In this document: piece by piece, positions 61,161 through 64,000 of the stretch
How the letters are laid out: each line of letters starts with the position of its first letter
Position numbering within the stretch: the first letter of the stretch is position 1
Source: Takakia lepidozioides
Lineage: Eukaryota; Plantae; Bryophyta
Direction of reading: 5' to 3'
Length of the DNA: 64,000 nt
NCBI GenBank assembly: GCA_030704615.1
Contig: CM060732.1
Coordinates: 48,546,001-48,610,000 of the forward strand
Made by a program: the position numbers and the translations under genes
The notes under the pieces: model-generated
The model's input: the letters and a program-made list of their open reading frames with translations, nothing else
What the model was told of the DNA's origin: nothing
Databases searched by the model: none

Positions 61161-62387
61161 ATTTTCATTCACACCACGCGTTATCCAATTACAAACAATA
61201 ACCTAAGATTGCAGGGCCAGCACACTTGCTTCCACATTCGACCGGGCAATCTTACATTGGCTCATGCTTTTGTCCTTCCAGACCAGGGAACTTCTATAAG
61301 GCAACCTTGTGAGCGAGTGAGTAAAGTGGCATCTTCCTTATTTTACCTTCCCATAATCTTCCAGTAAGGTAGAAGTAGAGTGACCTGGATTGCTGGTTTG
61401 CAAGGGCCAATATTTTCCATTCTAGAGACATTTGCATAGCAACAAAGACAACTAATTGTACTGAATGGACAATGGACCCACATGCCAAAAGTGCAAATGG
61501 CTCTGTTTCTAGTTACAAGCAGCTGCATATGCAGTTGGAGCAGTTTGGCAAAATATGAGACTGGTATTTTAAAGAGCATGAAATGTAGAAGAAAACTAAA
61601 GTATATCAACATATTGCCCCTGCCAATATGAGCATCCAATGGGTTGGGGAAAAAATGTCGGCCATATCCACCCAATCAAGTCATTAGGGATTTGTTGCTG
61701 CTGGTCAGTATTATCAACATTCTGAGGACTGCCTATTGCTTTGGGGATCTTCCCTATTCCACCAAATTTGGGTTTGATGTGCACTTGCCAGTACGATGTT
61801 ATTGTCAATAACACAACCTCACAACCTCTTCTGGATACCGAGCCAAACAGAGTAGGCGGCCACTGAATGGCACAAGGCAGTGTCTCATTGGATGCCAATC
61901 CAGTCTCTTCACCCTATTGATTCTGTCCTCACACCTGTAACATCTGCTGTATACTATGGATCTTAAAACCACGGGGATATGACCTCAGTCCAAGATCAGC
62001 AAGGAAGGTTCTTCCATTACATTAGAAGATCCATTTACAGTATCTGGCAGTAAACCAGTTGGTCGCACCTACATCTATAAATTGACTGCTTGTGGGTCAG
62101 TGACATCCAGAACCAATTGTTCCCATGCTGAATTGTTAATTCTCAATTGTTAAAGTATCATAAATACATCCACAACCAACAGCACTGAAAATATTTGACA
62201 TGAGGTTCATAATTTCTTGGTCTATACGTTGGGACACAGCAGATAATAACTGCTTCGGTTACTGCAGGAAACTTTTCAAGTTGAAGTGCCAAGTTGAAGT
62301 GCACTTCTGTACAAATCCCTTAGAGGGAGGGAGGAATTGGGGGTGCGGAGGGGACGAGGGGGTTTAGATAGAGGCACCACCTCCACT

Positions 62388-63882
62388 TTAGACACCAATA
62401 GCAAGTGCAATGCCAAAGGCAGCTGCAGATGCCAAAGCTCCAATAAAGGCTGTCTGGAAAGCACTCCACCATGGTCGAAGGCCAGTGAAGCGACCCTTCA
62501 CATAACCAAATATGAGAAGGGCTATCAGGGTGACCACAGCAGAGACCTTTAGGGCAGTACGAGCATCAGGAATGAGAATGTATGGTAGCAAAGGAACGAG
62601 GCCCCCCACAATGTAGGAACCTGCTATAGTAAGTGCACTCTGCAGTGCCCTTTTTGGGTCAGGCCTTTCCAACCCTAATTCGAACCTGCAAAACAAAAGA
62701 GAATATAAGCTCCACATTTTCAATCTGCAGCTGTAGCTCATGTTGCTCAACTTGCTCTAGTGATCCCTTTGACACTAGGGGATCCAGCTGTCAGTTTGTC
62801 TCTGAATCTCAAGTATCTGTCGTCAGTTACGCCCTTTCCTTACATTATGGCATCCTCTCTGCCTGTCCTCATTCAGTCTAGGGTAGAGCTGTGCATTCAC
62901 TGCATACTCTCACACACTCTCATAAGCCTGCTCTCTGACTGTGTGTCTGTCTGTCTCTGCCTGTTTCACATTGGCAATGCAACCAGACCGCCTAGGTCAC
63001 ATCCTTTTCAGGGTAGAGGAAGCAGTAGGACACTGTCAATGCCGATCCTTATATCGACACTCAATCCCCTCACTCAACAATTGCTCATGCAGCGGGGACA
63101 CCTAGCAACTTTGAGCATCACATATCCAGGTGTGCTTAATAATGCAGAAATAAGAAGCGGTGCGACTTGTGGCCCAAGAGAAATGGATGTGGACAAATGA
63201 CAAGATTGTGGGTGAGTCCATCAATGCTTATTAGTCAAGACTGACCGAAAATGGCCAACTACGTCCCCATTTACCCCAACTCTTCTGCAGAATCTGCAGA
63301 AGGATGAGAAAAAACCTCATCATGAAGTCAACCCAGGCCTCTGGTCGCTTTCTCAAAGCTTCCACAACAGGCCAATACTCATTTGGCTCCAGCCCAAAAT
63401 TTGCGAGAATGTCTGCCACCTCATCAGCCTCTGCAATTCCACGAATCACACAGCTAGATGTCATTATGTGGCCAAAAAAGGTGGTAATAAATTAGAACCC
63501 AGGTCTACATACTTCCAGAACTGCCCAGAATATTTTGAGAATGTACTACCATCTATCCGGATACTTCATCATGGAAAAACCTTTGTGTTTATAAACCAAA
63601 ACTAATCATGCTGCTAACCCCTTCACCAAGGAAATTGGAAGCATCCCAAAGGATTAAGCAGTTCGTAACGCTGCCATGATTGAAAAGGCTCTCTCACCAA
63701 CATCAAGCTGCAAGAAACACAGAACTTGGAAAGTCCAACCAGACCAATTTTCCTGCACCCCGCTATGTGATTGACTGCAGGCTCTACTATGCTCACCAGT
63801 GTCTGGAACAGTGGTAATCTCTTCTTCTTCACGCTTCCGTTCACTATTATAGTGGTCCACATCACTTCTTGCTGCAAGGTAC
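62388..63882 (-). CDS. VIT1: Vacuolar iron transporter VIT1/CCC1 (3' exons; first exon outside the window)
   Basis: Exons 63797-63882 (GYLAARSDVDHY..EEEEI), 63316-63430 (EADEVADIL..WVDFMM) and 62388-62685 (FELGLERPDPKRALQSA..GGLVPLLPY..FGYVKGRFTG). Confidence 0.95.
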
Positions 63883-64000
63883 CTGCCACCACCCTCCTTC
63901 AGAATTTTCTCTCTGGTTCATAACCCGCTGATGGCTACCTGAGACTCTATGGCTTCAAGAATCCAAAAAACTTGTCCATTGTAATCTACCATATATTTCC

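Overview
Plant nuclear DNA with spliceosomal introns. The PLS-DYW PPR, TGA bZIP, ACR12, uL18-like and VIT1 genes suggest a non-seed land plant (inference). Positions 1-14.1 kb are a decayed Mutator-like (MULE) transposon complex with two parts. The first is a GCM-like/DDE/SWIM transposase (-) lying head-to-head with a 10-exon gene of about 1,120 codons (+). That gene fuses a ParB/Srx-like domain to a beta-class N4/N6 DNA methyltransferase domain, and its introns carry eight self-complementary copies of a ~27-bp palindrome. The second is an internally deleted MULE with a Ulp1 protease exon and a different SWIM transposase. Host genes follow: a PPR-DYW editing factor whose terminal CxC/xYW is frameshifted away, uL18-like, TGA9/10-like, ACR12, a His-rich NiCoT/UreH-like membrane protein and VIT1 (partial). 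Between 39 and 49 kb lie a CACTA-ended segment carrying PPR pseudogene fragments and a scrambled HRS1/HHO GARP gene remnant. A MITE, two tRNA-derived SINE-like elements and several tandem repeats are also present. All exon models and family assignments were made by eye and need computational confirmation.
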